64,000 nucleotides of DNA, taken from the IMG/VR virus record IMGVR_UViG_3300031758_000013. One strand, 5' to 3'. Numbering within the stretch: the first letter of the stretch is position 1; every line of letters starts with the position of its first letter. This document shows positions 46,570 through 54,702 of the stretch, one piece after another. Position numbers and translations under genes: made by a program. The stretch comes from an uncultured virus (IMG/VR IMGVR_UViG_3300031758_000013) (lineage: Duplodnaviria > Heunggongvirae > Uroviricota > Caudoviricetes). The notes under the pieces are model-generated. The model was not told the origin of the DNA. It saw only the letters and a program-made list of their open reading frames with translations, and ran no database searches.

Positions 46570-48897
46570 TTAAAACTGGCCGACAATTTCATTGAACTCT
46601 ACACCAGATCTTACAGCAACAAAGTTCAATTGAATGAAGTTGATGCTCTTAGCTGGTTTAATGTAGATATCACCAACAAAGCGATTAGTATCAATAACTT
46701 CTGCTGTATTGTTTGTTTCATCGCAAACAACACGGAAGTCTGTAATACCACGGCGACCTTGAACATCACGGAGGAATGGTTCAATTAGATTTAGGAATTG
46801 TGCTCTAGTAAACTCATCATTGAATTCAAAGAGCATTTGATTTGCGGCAGTTGCAATTGTCTTTTCTAGAATAATGAACAAACGACGTACGTTGATACGA
46901 TCGAAAGCGCTCGGACGTCCAAGAGCAGTCTTATCGCCGAATAGAATAGTTCCCTGTCCTGGTTGTGTAATTACTGGGTTAACATCATTCTTATAAAGAA
47001 GATCACGATCTGTCTTGCTTGGGCTATAAGCTAGCTTTACAAGATTCTTGATCTGGCCACGAGTATAACCAGCAGGCGAGAACCAAGGATCACGTAGATC
47101 ATCAGAACGAGCTGTCAGACCAGCAATATCACCATTCAGTGGAACATATCGATATACGTCATTGTATTTGTCGTACTGATACTTGTAACCCGAGTCGATG
47201 AATGCATACGAGCTATTGCGTACGCTCTGACGGAAGGTTACAATGTTTGAAGCTTGTGAACCTTCTACTCCGCTTCCGACAACATCAGCTCTTTCAGGAG
47301 AAACGAATACTACACAGTCTTTACGACTTTCAGCAATATTATCAATTAGATAGTTAGCTAATTGTGCTCCGTTAGATAAACCAACAGACTTTCCAGTTAT
47401 GAGTAGAGATACATCGACAGAAGTTGGATCTGAGAATAAATCATATGCTGAGGCGAGTGCTGTTACAGGAGCATTAGTTTCTGTAATACCATCACGGCCA
47501 GCAATAAACGACTTAGAGTATGGAACAGATGTAGTCGAATTAGCAAGACTTCCTGCTAATCCAGTAGCATCTTCAGAGCGATCGCCGGTTGCCCACACAT
47601 AGCGCGAGTTGTCATTAATAACTGTTTTATAGAAAGCTGTTGTACCATCTTCACCAATAGCATCTGAAGCACGAGATAGATTCTCATAAACTTCTAGAAC
47701 AGTTCCTGGCGTACCTGAGAACTTACCATCTTCGTCGACAACTACAACACTTACTTCATCAACAACAGTTAAACCACGGTCTGATAAGTAACGCGATGTG
47801 CCTGGAGCCGCCGGAATAGTATTATAGAATTCCCAATTACGAGTGATTGTATTTGCTGTGTAATTTGCTGCACGATTCCAAGTATCTTCAAATGTGATCG
47901 AGAAGTAAGCTTGAGTAGCAGCATCATCAGATGTAATTGTTGGTAGAGATTTAATCTTCAGTGCTTGTGTACCTACACTGCTATTACCAAGTTGAATATA
48001 ATCACCAACAGATAGAGATTGTAAAATATTATTAGCAGTTGTTTTTACTTCAGCATAAGATAAAGTACCTGAACCAGCATAAGTTAAGAATACATTTGCT
48101 GTTGATGAGTTAACATTAATGCTAATACCACCAGCCGCAAGTAAACCAAGTTCATATGTAGCTGATGTTCCACCAACACTAGTGTTGCTAAATGGATCAA
48201 TTGTACGTACATATTGAGCAGCTGAAGAACACTGTGAAACACGTAGAGAATTTCCAAGGTCGCCAGGATAACGAGCTACAAACTGTGTATTTACAAATGC
48301 TGAATTTGCTGGACCCTTGTCTTCAAAGTCATCAGCATTCTTTACAATATTGCTAGCAAGAGCAACAACTCCACTATTAGCAACAGCATTCAGAGCAAGA
48401 GTATTTGCAAAGAAGTTAAGTTGAGCATCTGTAGAAGAGGTAGCATTTGCACTTAGAACGACTGTAGTATTTGCAGAACCAGCTGATGTAGCAGAAACAA
48501 CAACAGTTCCATCTGGAATTCCTGCACCAAATACAGCATAACCTGCAGCAATACCATAAGTATTACCAGTTAAAATAACTGTTGAGTTGCTATTTAGATT
48601 TGCAGAAGCGGCAGCAACTGTATTAGAAAAACCGGTTGTTACTGCAGCACGACTTACATATAAAGCATTACCATATGCGAGAAAGTTTGCTGCTGTAAAG
48701 AATGTTTCATAATCGTCGGTTGTTGGCTTGCCGTAGCGCGCCGCTAACATATTTTCTGAATCTACTAGAATAAATTTCCCGATTGGACCCCATCCAAATA
48801 CACCAGCAAATCCACCAACAGTGGTGGCTAAAGCTGGTACAGTAGTTGAAAGATCAATCTCGGAAATATTAATTCCAGGGCTGACTTGAAACGCCAT
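46570..48897 (-). CDS. gp18: Tail sheath protein
   Basis: QVSPGINISEID, WFSPAG, RINVRRLF, IKPAKSINFI. Confidence 0.97.
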   Translation of the reverse strand: MAFQVSPGINISEIDLSTTVPALATTVGGFAGVFGWGPIGKFILVDSENMLAARYGKPTTDDYETFFTAANFLAYGNALYVSRAAVTTGFSNTVAAASANLNSNSTVILTGNTYGIAAGYAVFGAGIPDGTVVVSATSAGSANTTVVLSANATSSTDAQLNFFANTLALNAVANSGVVALASNIVKNADDFEDKGPANSAFVNTQFVARYPGDLGNSLRVSQCSSAAQYVRTIDPFSNTSVGGTSATYELGLLAAGGISINVNSSTANVFLTYAGSGTLSYAEVKTTANNILQSLSVGDYIQLGNSSVGTQALKIKSLPTITSDDAATQAYFSITFEDTWNRAANYTANTITRNWEFYNTIPAAPGTSRYLSDRGLTVVDEVSVVVVDEDGKFSGTPGTVLEVYENLSRASDAIGEDGTTAFYKTVINDNSRYVWATGDRSEDATGLAGSLANSTTSVPYSKSFIAGRDGITETNAPVTALASAYDLFSDPTSVDVSLLITGKSVGLSNGAQLANYLIDNIAESRKDCVVFVSPERADVVGSGVEGSQASNIVTFRQSVRNSSYAFIDSGYKYQYDKYNDVYRYVPLNGDIAGLTARSDDLRDPWFSPAGYTRGQIKNLVKLAYSPSKTDRDLLYKNDVNPVITQPGQGTILFGDKTALGRPSAFDRINVRRLFIILEKTIATAANQMLFEFNDEFTRAQFLNLIEPFLRDVQGRRGITDFRVVCDETNNTAEVIDTNRFVGDIYIKPAKSINFIQLNFVAVRSGVEFNEIVGQF

Positions 48898-48941
48898 TGT
48901 TATCTCCCTTAGTCGAAGGTTATATACGAGTTTTGTTTTAT

Positions 48942-50618
48942 TTATAAGTTAAGGAAATTGCGTTTCTGCTCTGCCCAAAACTCGTCTCGGTAAGTATTAT
49001 CATCATTAGCTATTACTGATTCATTACTCTGATTGTCGTAATCATCATCGCCAGTGCTCATAAGTCCAAATGGAAGCATTTCTTCCTGAAACATTTTTTC
49101 ATTTTGATCATAAATTTGTTTACGAATATCAACATCTGTAAGTTCTTTTAGATATGGCTGCGTAGTTAACCAAGCAAAAAGAACACAACACATGGCCATA
49201 TCATCATGACCATCTTCTGCTTCGTACGATTGATTACCTTTAAGACTATTTTTGAGAGAGAATCGAGTTAATTCATAAATTGTATCATAATCTACAATAA
49301 TAAGTTTATCAGATTCTACTAAAGTTTTAAGAGTAGCACAACCGATTCTCTTTACTTGTTTAGTAGTTCTAACACCGCGTGTTGTCGAAACAGAAAAACC
49401 ACCAGAAAGACTTTGACCAGATCTGCCATTATTAGCAGTAACAAACACACCCTCATATTCTAAATCATAATGCAGAATATCAGCAACTTGCTGTCCAATA
49501 TCATTAGTTTCTACTAGAACAACAGCATCATTATAGTGTTTTGCAACTTCATGAATAATATTAGGATATATCAACGGACTAATTAAATTATTTCTAAATG
49601 TGGCGACCTGCTTATATGGTAGATTGTTCACATTCACAACCATAAATGCTGAATAGTCAGCACCGGCTCCACGAGCAGTATCTACAATGATTGCATAGAT
49701 ACTATCTTTTATTGGCTCTTCATACATTTTAAGCCCAGCTGGCGTTATATGAATCGGTTGTTTATAAACCATGTTACGCAGTTTATTTGGATTAATCAGT
49801 GTGTTTGAAGATCCGAGGAACTCACATTCATATTCCTGACGAAATTGATCTTCGCTCGTGTTAGCAATTGTTTCTTCTCTCCATGCCTGATCACGGCCTG
49901 GAATTTGCGACCAATGAACATCCACTCGAGTATAAGCATTACGAGCTTCTTCAGACTCTGTCCAAATGCGATAGAACATGTTCATACCATTTGGAGTCGA
50001 AGTGATTAAAACTTTAGAACTTTGACCAGATGAAATAGTAGGATAAACCGAAGCAAAGAACTCGTCCTGAATATTAGTCGGAACGAACGCAAACTCGTCA
50101 AGATAAATTAAGTTCTGTGATGTACCACGAATAGCGGAAGAAGACGTAGCAGACGCAAGGATTTCAGATCCATTTTCGAGTTTAATGTTACCTTTGTTCC
50201 ATTCTGTGACACCCATTTGAAGCCACTTTGGAAGGTGTTCGAACATGAGTTGAATACGGCCAAGAATTTCACGAGCTTGTCTATCCTTATTAGCCAAAAT
50301 AGCTATTGAATATTCTTCATTAAACAATATCTTCCAGAGAAGATATGCGGCCACTGTAGTAGTTTTACCAACCTGCCGAGGCATTTTACAAATAACGAAA
50401 CGATTCTCTTCAAAAGAAAGAACCATTTCTTTCTGAAAATCCCATAAAGGAAATGTAATAAGTCCTTTATCGATGTTGACAATTTTGCAATACTGTGTTA
50501 TAAAGTATATAACATCTTCAGAACATTTAATATACTCAGATACTTGATCCGGAGAATATTCTACTTTAGTATCTGCTCTTTTTAATCTAGGATTGCCTAG
50601 ATAGTTTTCACTACTCAT
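48942..50618 (-). CDS. gp17: Terminase large subunit
   Basis: PRQVGKTT, YLDEFAF, STPNG, DTARG.G.DYSA, HDD. Confidence 0.97.
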   Translation of the reverse strand: MSSENYLGNPRLKRADTKVEYSPDQVSEYIKCSEDVIYFITQYCKIVNIDKGLITFPLWDFQKEMVLSFEENRFVICKMPRQVGKTTTVAAYLLWKILFNEEYSIAILANKDRQAREILGRIQLMFEHLPKWLQMGVTEWNKGNIKLENGSEILASATSSSAIRGTSQNLIYLDEFAFVPTNIQDEFFASVYPTISSGQSSKVLITSTPNGMNMFYRIWTESEEARNAYTRVDVHWSQIPGRDQAWREETIANTSEDQFRQEYECEFLGSSNTLINPNKLRNMVYKQPIHITPAGLKMYEEPIKDSIYAIIVDTARGAGADYSAFMVVNVNNLPYKQVATFRNNLISPLIYPNIIHEVAKHYNDAVVLVETNDIGQQVADILHYDLEYEGVFVTANNGRSGQSLSGGFSVSTTRGVRTTKQVKRIGCATLKTLVESDKLIIVDYDTIYELTRFSLKNSLKGNQSYEAEDGHDDMAMCCVLFAWLTTQPYLKELTDVDIRKQIYDQNEKMFQEEMLPFGLMSTGDDDYDNQSNESVIANDDNTYRDEFWAEQKRNFLNL

Positions 50619-50985
50619 CTTTGTTTTGCTTTAAATATTTTTGTAATTCTGCCGTTGAGCCGACAAAAAGATTGTTTGTAACTTGATTTGGAGTTGCTAA
50701 CGGATCGTCCTCTAATAGTTTTTTCTTTTTAGCCTGAAGATCAAGTAAGTCTTTGCTTGCTCCAACCATGGTGTTCATCATCGTAGCAAGAACTTCATAT
50801 GCTCTTGGATGCTGACTCTGACGAGCTACGTCCATAAGATCAAAAAGAGCTTCTTGGCCTTTATTGATTACTTCCATCATATTTTCACGAGCATATTCAA
50901 AATCAGCATTTACCTGAGTAGTAGCTTTCTTTTGAATTACTGCCGGCAAATTATTACCACCATTAAATTTATCTATGTTGCTCAT
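50611..50985 (-). CDS. gp16: Terminase small subunit
   Basis: DFEYARE, HPRAYEV, NNLFVGSTAELQK. Confidence 0.95.
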   Translation of the reverse strand: MSNIDKFNGGNNLPAVIQKKATTQVNADFEYARENMMEVINKGQEALFDLMDVARQSQHPRAYEVLATMMNTMVGASKDLLDLQAKKKKLLEDDPLATPNQVTNNLFVGSTAELQKYLKQNKDE

Positions 50986-51791
50986 TAGATATTCTCTTCA
51001 AAATCATTAATGAATCCATAATTATCAGTTGCTTTAATTTCTGTATAGTCAATAGATAATGATGCATTGCTTGTTGGTTCGCCGGCTACAGTGAGTCCGG
51101 GCCGAGCGGTTACTTTTACAGTATTAGTTATAGAATCTCCGAGGTGAATATTCGCTTCAACAAATTTAATAAGGCCAGACTTCTTAGTTGGACCAAATAC
51201 ATAAGCTTTCATAGTAAAACTTAAATTCCAAATGATAGCACGTCTTTGTTCAAAACTTCCTTCATACGTATCTGTAACATTAATATCATTCAGAATAATT
51301 GGAATATCCATTGTAACATCAATTTCTGGAATTAAATTCACAGAAGCAGTCCACTCTGGAGTGAAGTATGGAAGAATCTGTTCTATAATACGAGTGCCAT
51401 CTTCTGCATTCTTTACCATGATGGACATTTCAAATGTAATATTATACGGCACTGGCATATACTGATAAGAAATTCTATCGTCGGTTCCGTTATTGGTAGG
51501 TTGTTTATAGAATCTATTTAAAGTATTAAGCTTTCTCTCTGTATCATATACAAAAGAAGTCATTTCAAAAGAAATGCGTGGAAGTACAACTCCGACTTTA
51601 TTAGCTAGATCTGGATTTCCATCGAGTCTTGCTAAGAATTTTTCTTTTGGACCATATGAAAGAGGAACTTTTAGTGTTTGAATTGATTCACCAGTAGAAC
51701 TATCACGTGTGATCCAGATATTGTTAAAAACAGTTCCAAATATAATAACATATTTTCTGAGTGTATCATGATTCCAAGTACTTCCAAACAT
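50985..51791 (-). CDS. gp15: Tail sheath stabilizer
   Basis: FGTVFNNI, VPLSYGPKEKF, EQILPYFTP. Confidence 0.94.
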   Translation of the reverse strand: MFGSTWNHDTLRKYVIIFGTVFNNIWITRDSSTGESIQTLKVPLSYGPKEKFLARLDGNPDLANKVGVVLPRISFEMTSFVYDTERKLNTLNRFYKQPTNNGTDDRISYQYMPVPYNITFEMSIMVKNAEDGTRIIEQILPYFTPEWTASVNLIPEIDVTMDIPIILNDINVTDTYEGSFEQRRAIIWNLSFTMKAYVFGPTKKSGLIKFVEANIHLGDSITNTVKVTARPGLTVAGEPTSNASLSIDYTEIKATDNYGFINDFEENI

Positions 51792-51792
51792 T

Positions 51793-52524
51793 TTACACCT
51801 GACCTTCGCTGAATGGATCAACTTGTGACCAGTCTAGAATGCTACTGCCTTCAAGTTGAAATTCCGTATTGTCTTCATACGGATCTCTTGCTTGTTCTTC
51901 AAAGTTATAATCAGATTGAACAATTTGATACCCATCTTGATCTGTAATGATAAATCCATCTTGAGTAAGAATATCGTAATCTGTAATAGCAAGTGAAAGA
52001 TCTTTTTCAATACTATCAATTGCTTCAATTCCAGTGTTAAATCTTTCAGAACTATACTCAAACATTTCACAAACAAGATCATACATTTGAATAGATCCCA
52101 TTTGATAGAACACAGCATTTTTATTTACATACTTAATAGTTAATAAACGATCGAGCATAGGAATGTATACAACATCGCCTTCTCTTGGTCTTTGAATTTC
52201 ATTTTGTAAAAGTGTAATTTCGTTTTGAAAATTACGAACAGAAATTGTAAGAGTCATTTGATCTCTTATTTCTAAGTTAAATTTAGATAGGAAGTTACCA
52301 TCGCCTTCGTAACTATCAACATTCTTAATGTACATATCAATGTAATAAGCTATGTTATATTCTGAGAGAGTATCTTCTCCGTAAATATCATCTTTGGCTA
52401 CTAAAGCTCTAGGACAATAATACATGTCGTGACCATACACTTTGATAGACTCCATTACGAGATCTTCTATCAAAAGCTGTTCTTGACTATTACTGAAATT
52501 ATTAAAATAGAAATTCGTAGTCAA
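51793..52524 (-). CDS. gp14: Neck protein gp14
   Basis: EQLLIEDLV.ESIK.YG, RPREGD, DPFSE. Confidence 0.94.
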   Translation of the reverse strand: MTTNFYFNNFSNSQEQLLIEDLVMESIKVYGHDMYYCPRALVAKDDIYGEDTLSEYNIAYYIDMYIKNVDSYEGDGNFLSKFNLEIRDQMTLTISVRNFQNEITLLQNEIQRPREGDVVYIPMLDRLLTIKYVNKNAVFYQMGSIQMYDLVCEMFEYSSERFNTGIEAIDSIEKDLSLAITDYDILTQDGFIITDQDGYQIVQSDYNFEEQARDPYEDNTEFQLEGSSILDWSQVDPFSEGQV

Positions 52525-52528
52525 GATA

Positions 52529-53272
52529 TCATCCGATCATATCCAATACAGGTAAACTGTAGCTCGAGATCATCTCGTCTTCCATTCTTCGAATTTCTTC
52601 AGTGGCATCGTCATAAATCTTTTCGCCATTAAACTGTACACCACCAGGAAGTTGCATACCAGTGAACTTGGTGAGATTTGATCCCCACTGTCTTTTAATG
52701 AGAGCAGTAGCGTAGTTCTGGAGCCAACGATCGTTCCATGCATCTGTCCATGTATTCGGATCAACTACTTCATATGCATCAACAAGAAGATACGAGCCAA
52801 TAGGAACTGTATTCCAGTCCATATCAACATGAAGTCTATCTTTATGTCGAGCATAACGAATCGGCTGTTGACCAACAAGAAGTTCTGTCACAAGTGCAAG
52901 ATGTTCCATAACCATATAGTAAGGAACTAAAGAAACGTTTGTTAATGTATAAAGATCATTGAGCGCAATTTGATAACGAATATTAAACATATCATCAGAT
53001 CGAATTGATGGATCACCAATCTGAAAGACTCGTACTGCTCCAATGATATTTTCTGGTAGAGTAATGTACTTATTTGTTACATCAGTTTCTGTTACTTGAT
53101 GCTTATAATATACTCTATCTGATCCATCAAAATGATAGTCATACCAGTAACGAATTGCTTCGTCGATGCGATCATCTATTTGATCATCATCAACGTTGAT
53201 TTCAATCACCGGCTTACCTAACTTACGTAAGCAATATTCTTTGAATTCAGCTTTTGTGATTGGAGTAGCCAT
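52529..53272 (-). CDS. gp13: Neck protein gp13
   Basis: YCLRKLGKPVIEINV, KRQWGSNLTKF.GMQLPGG. Confidence 0.95.
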   Translation of the reverse strand: MATPITKAEFKEYCLRKLGKPVIEINVDDDQIDDRIDEAIRYWYDYHFDGSDRVYYKHQVTETDVTNKYITLPENIIGAVRVFQIGDPSIRSDDMFNIRYQIALNDLYTLTNVSLVPYYMVMEHLALVTELLVGQQPIRYARHKDRLHVDMDWNTVPIGSYLLVDAYEVVDPNTWTDAWNDRWLQNYATALIKRQWGSNLTKFTGMQLPGGVQFNGEKIYDDATEEIRRMEDEMISSYSLPVLDMIG

Positions 53273-53347
53273 GATAATCATCCTAGTTTTGATTCTATTT
53301 ATTTATCTAAACTTAGGACCTTAGAATAGAGATGCTAGAGATCTTCT

Positions 53348-53917
53348 TTATATTACTGTTGCAGCAATAGTTATTGTAGCGCTATCAACAATTGTATTAC
53401 CTGTTTTAGTACGTATATCTAATGTAAATTCACAAGTTGTAGTCTGTAAATAAACAGTTTCTTGTACAGTCCAGTCCACCACGTTTGATGGTGCTAAATC
53501 AAACCATGTTCCTGCCGTACCACTGAAAAATGAACCAGTTATAATAGTAGCTCTTGCTTCGTAACCACTAGAAGCTGATGTGGGTGTACACCATTGTTCT
53601 AAACTAGTAGGTGTACCATTAATTAATTCGTAGACATACCCAGTGTGACTTATTCTATAGCCAGCAGTTGCAGTACCGGGAAATGCTTCTCCAGCATTTA
53701 CTGTTTGATTAGTAACAGATATTACTACATCCGAGGTACCATAAAAATTAGAAATACTAATTGTACCTGAAGTTGGAACTGCACCACTTACACCAGAAGT
53801 GCCAGCAGGAACATAGGTTCCATTGGCATAATATTCACTCAATGATATAGGATCTGAACCACCAAACTCAGTTTGTATGGTCGATAGCGCTAGCGCGCCA
53901 GTGTTTGCAATAGCCAT
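53348..53917 (-). CDS. Virion/tail-fibre tip protein
   Basis: IQTEFGGSDPISLSEYY...ISISNFYG N-terminal module typical of fibre adhesins. Confidence 0.6.
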   Translation of the reverse strand: MAIANTGALALSTIQTEFGGSDPISLSEYYANGTYVPAGTSGVSGAVPTSGTISISNFYGTSDVVISVTNQTVNAGEAFPGTATAGYRISHTGYVYELINGTPTSLEQWCTPTSASSGYEARATIITGSFFSGTAGTWFDLAPSNVVDWTVQETVYLQTTTCEFTLDIRTKTGNTIVDSATITIAATVI

Positions 53918-53925
53918 TAATTAAT

Positions 53926-54102
53926 TTAACTGGCTGCTAATGGCTGATCAACCTGATATTTTGGACCATCATTGACATCACCGCCACCTGTTTGATCACC
54001 ACCGGGGGCTGGTGGTGGAGTAGGTCCGGTAGGAACTTCTGATTCACAACCAGAAAGAATAGTACCAGATAAAGCTAAAAATAACAGTGTTGTTTTTTTC
54101 AT
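53926..54102 (-). CDS. Small Pro/Gly-rich lipoprotein
   Basis: Start re-called at MKKTTLLF; lipobox LSGC. Confidence 0.65.
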   Translation of the reverse strand: MKKTTLLFLALSGTILSGCESEVPTGPTPPPAPGGDQTGGGDVNDGPKYQVDQPLAAS

Positions 54103-54106
54103 TTTA

Positions 54107-54307
54107 TTATACCTTAATTTGCTCTTGAGCGTGTTGCATAATTTTACGTAAAATAGGATCTGCAACTCTGTGTGGCAGTTCTTGTAAAGCTGCTAAAATT
54201 ACATTCACTTCATTTATATCTAAGTCAAATTTTACAGTTGTAACTTGTGGTGTTGTTTCAACGAGTTTTGAATCAAGTTCTAAATTAGTAGTCATTATAT
54301 ACTCCAT
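54107..54307 (-). CDS. Small hypothetical protein of the tail-fibre locus
   Basis: EVNVILAALQELP motif. Confidence 0.55.
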   Translation of the reverse strand: MEYIMTTNLELDSKLVETTPQVTTVKFDLDINEVNVILAALQELPHRVADPILRKIMQHAQEQIKV

Positions 54308-54310
54308 TCA

Positions 54311-54700
54311 TTATTCAATTGGCTGTGATTCTTCTATAACAGGTTCATCTGGTGTGTTAAACCAAGGAAGATCATTTAAACTATCTTCAGTTGGCGGATT
54401 TTTTTGTACATAAATTAATTTGTTAATTTGCTCATCAATATGATTTTTATATTCATCTACTACTAAAGCCTGAATCCAACTAAGAACATCCGCTTCAGTG
54501 AGATTTTCATAGGGAATAAAATTGTCAGGATCTATTTGATCGAGTGAAAATGGAGTAGCACCATGGAAAGTACCTGCGTATCCATCTTCGTCTGTACCTT
54601 GACATTCCCAATAGGTCTGAAAAATAATATTATTAAGATCTAAAGAAGAATTATCTTGCTTTTTCAGACTTTTGATTTTCCACGTATACGTAAGCGCCAT
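54311..54700 (-). CDS. Tail-fibre-associated protein
   Basis: TYTWKI, FIPYENLTEADVLSW, LPW; follows the fibre gene. Confidence 0.6.
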   Translation of the reverse strand: MALTYTWKIKSLKKQDNSSLDLNNIIFQTYWECQGTDEDGYAGTFHGATPFSLDQIDPDNFIPYENLTEADVLSWIQALVVDEYKNHIDEQINKLIYVQKNPPTEDSLNDLPWFNTPDEPVIEESQPIE

Positions 54701-54702
54701 CG

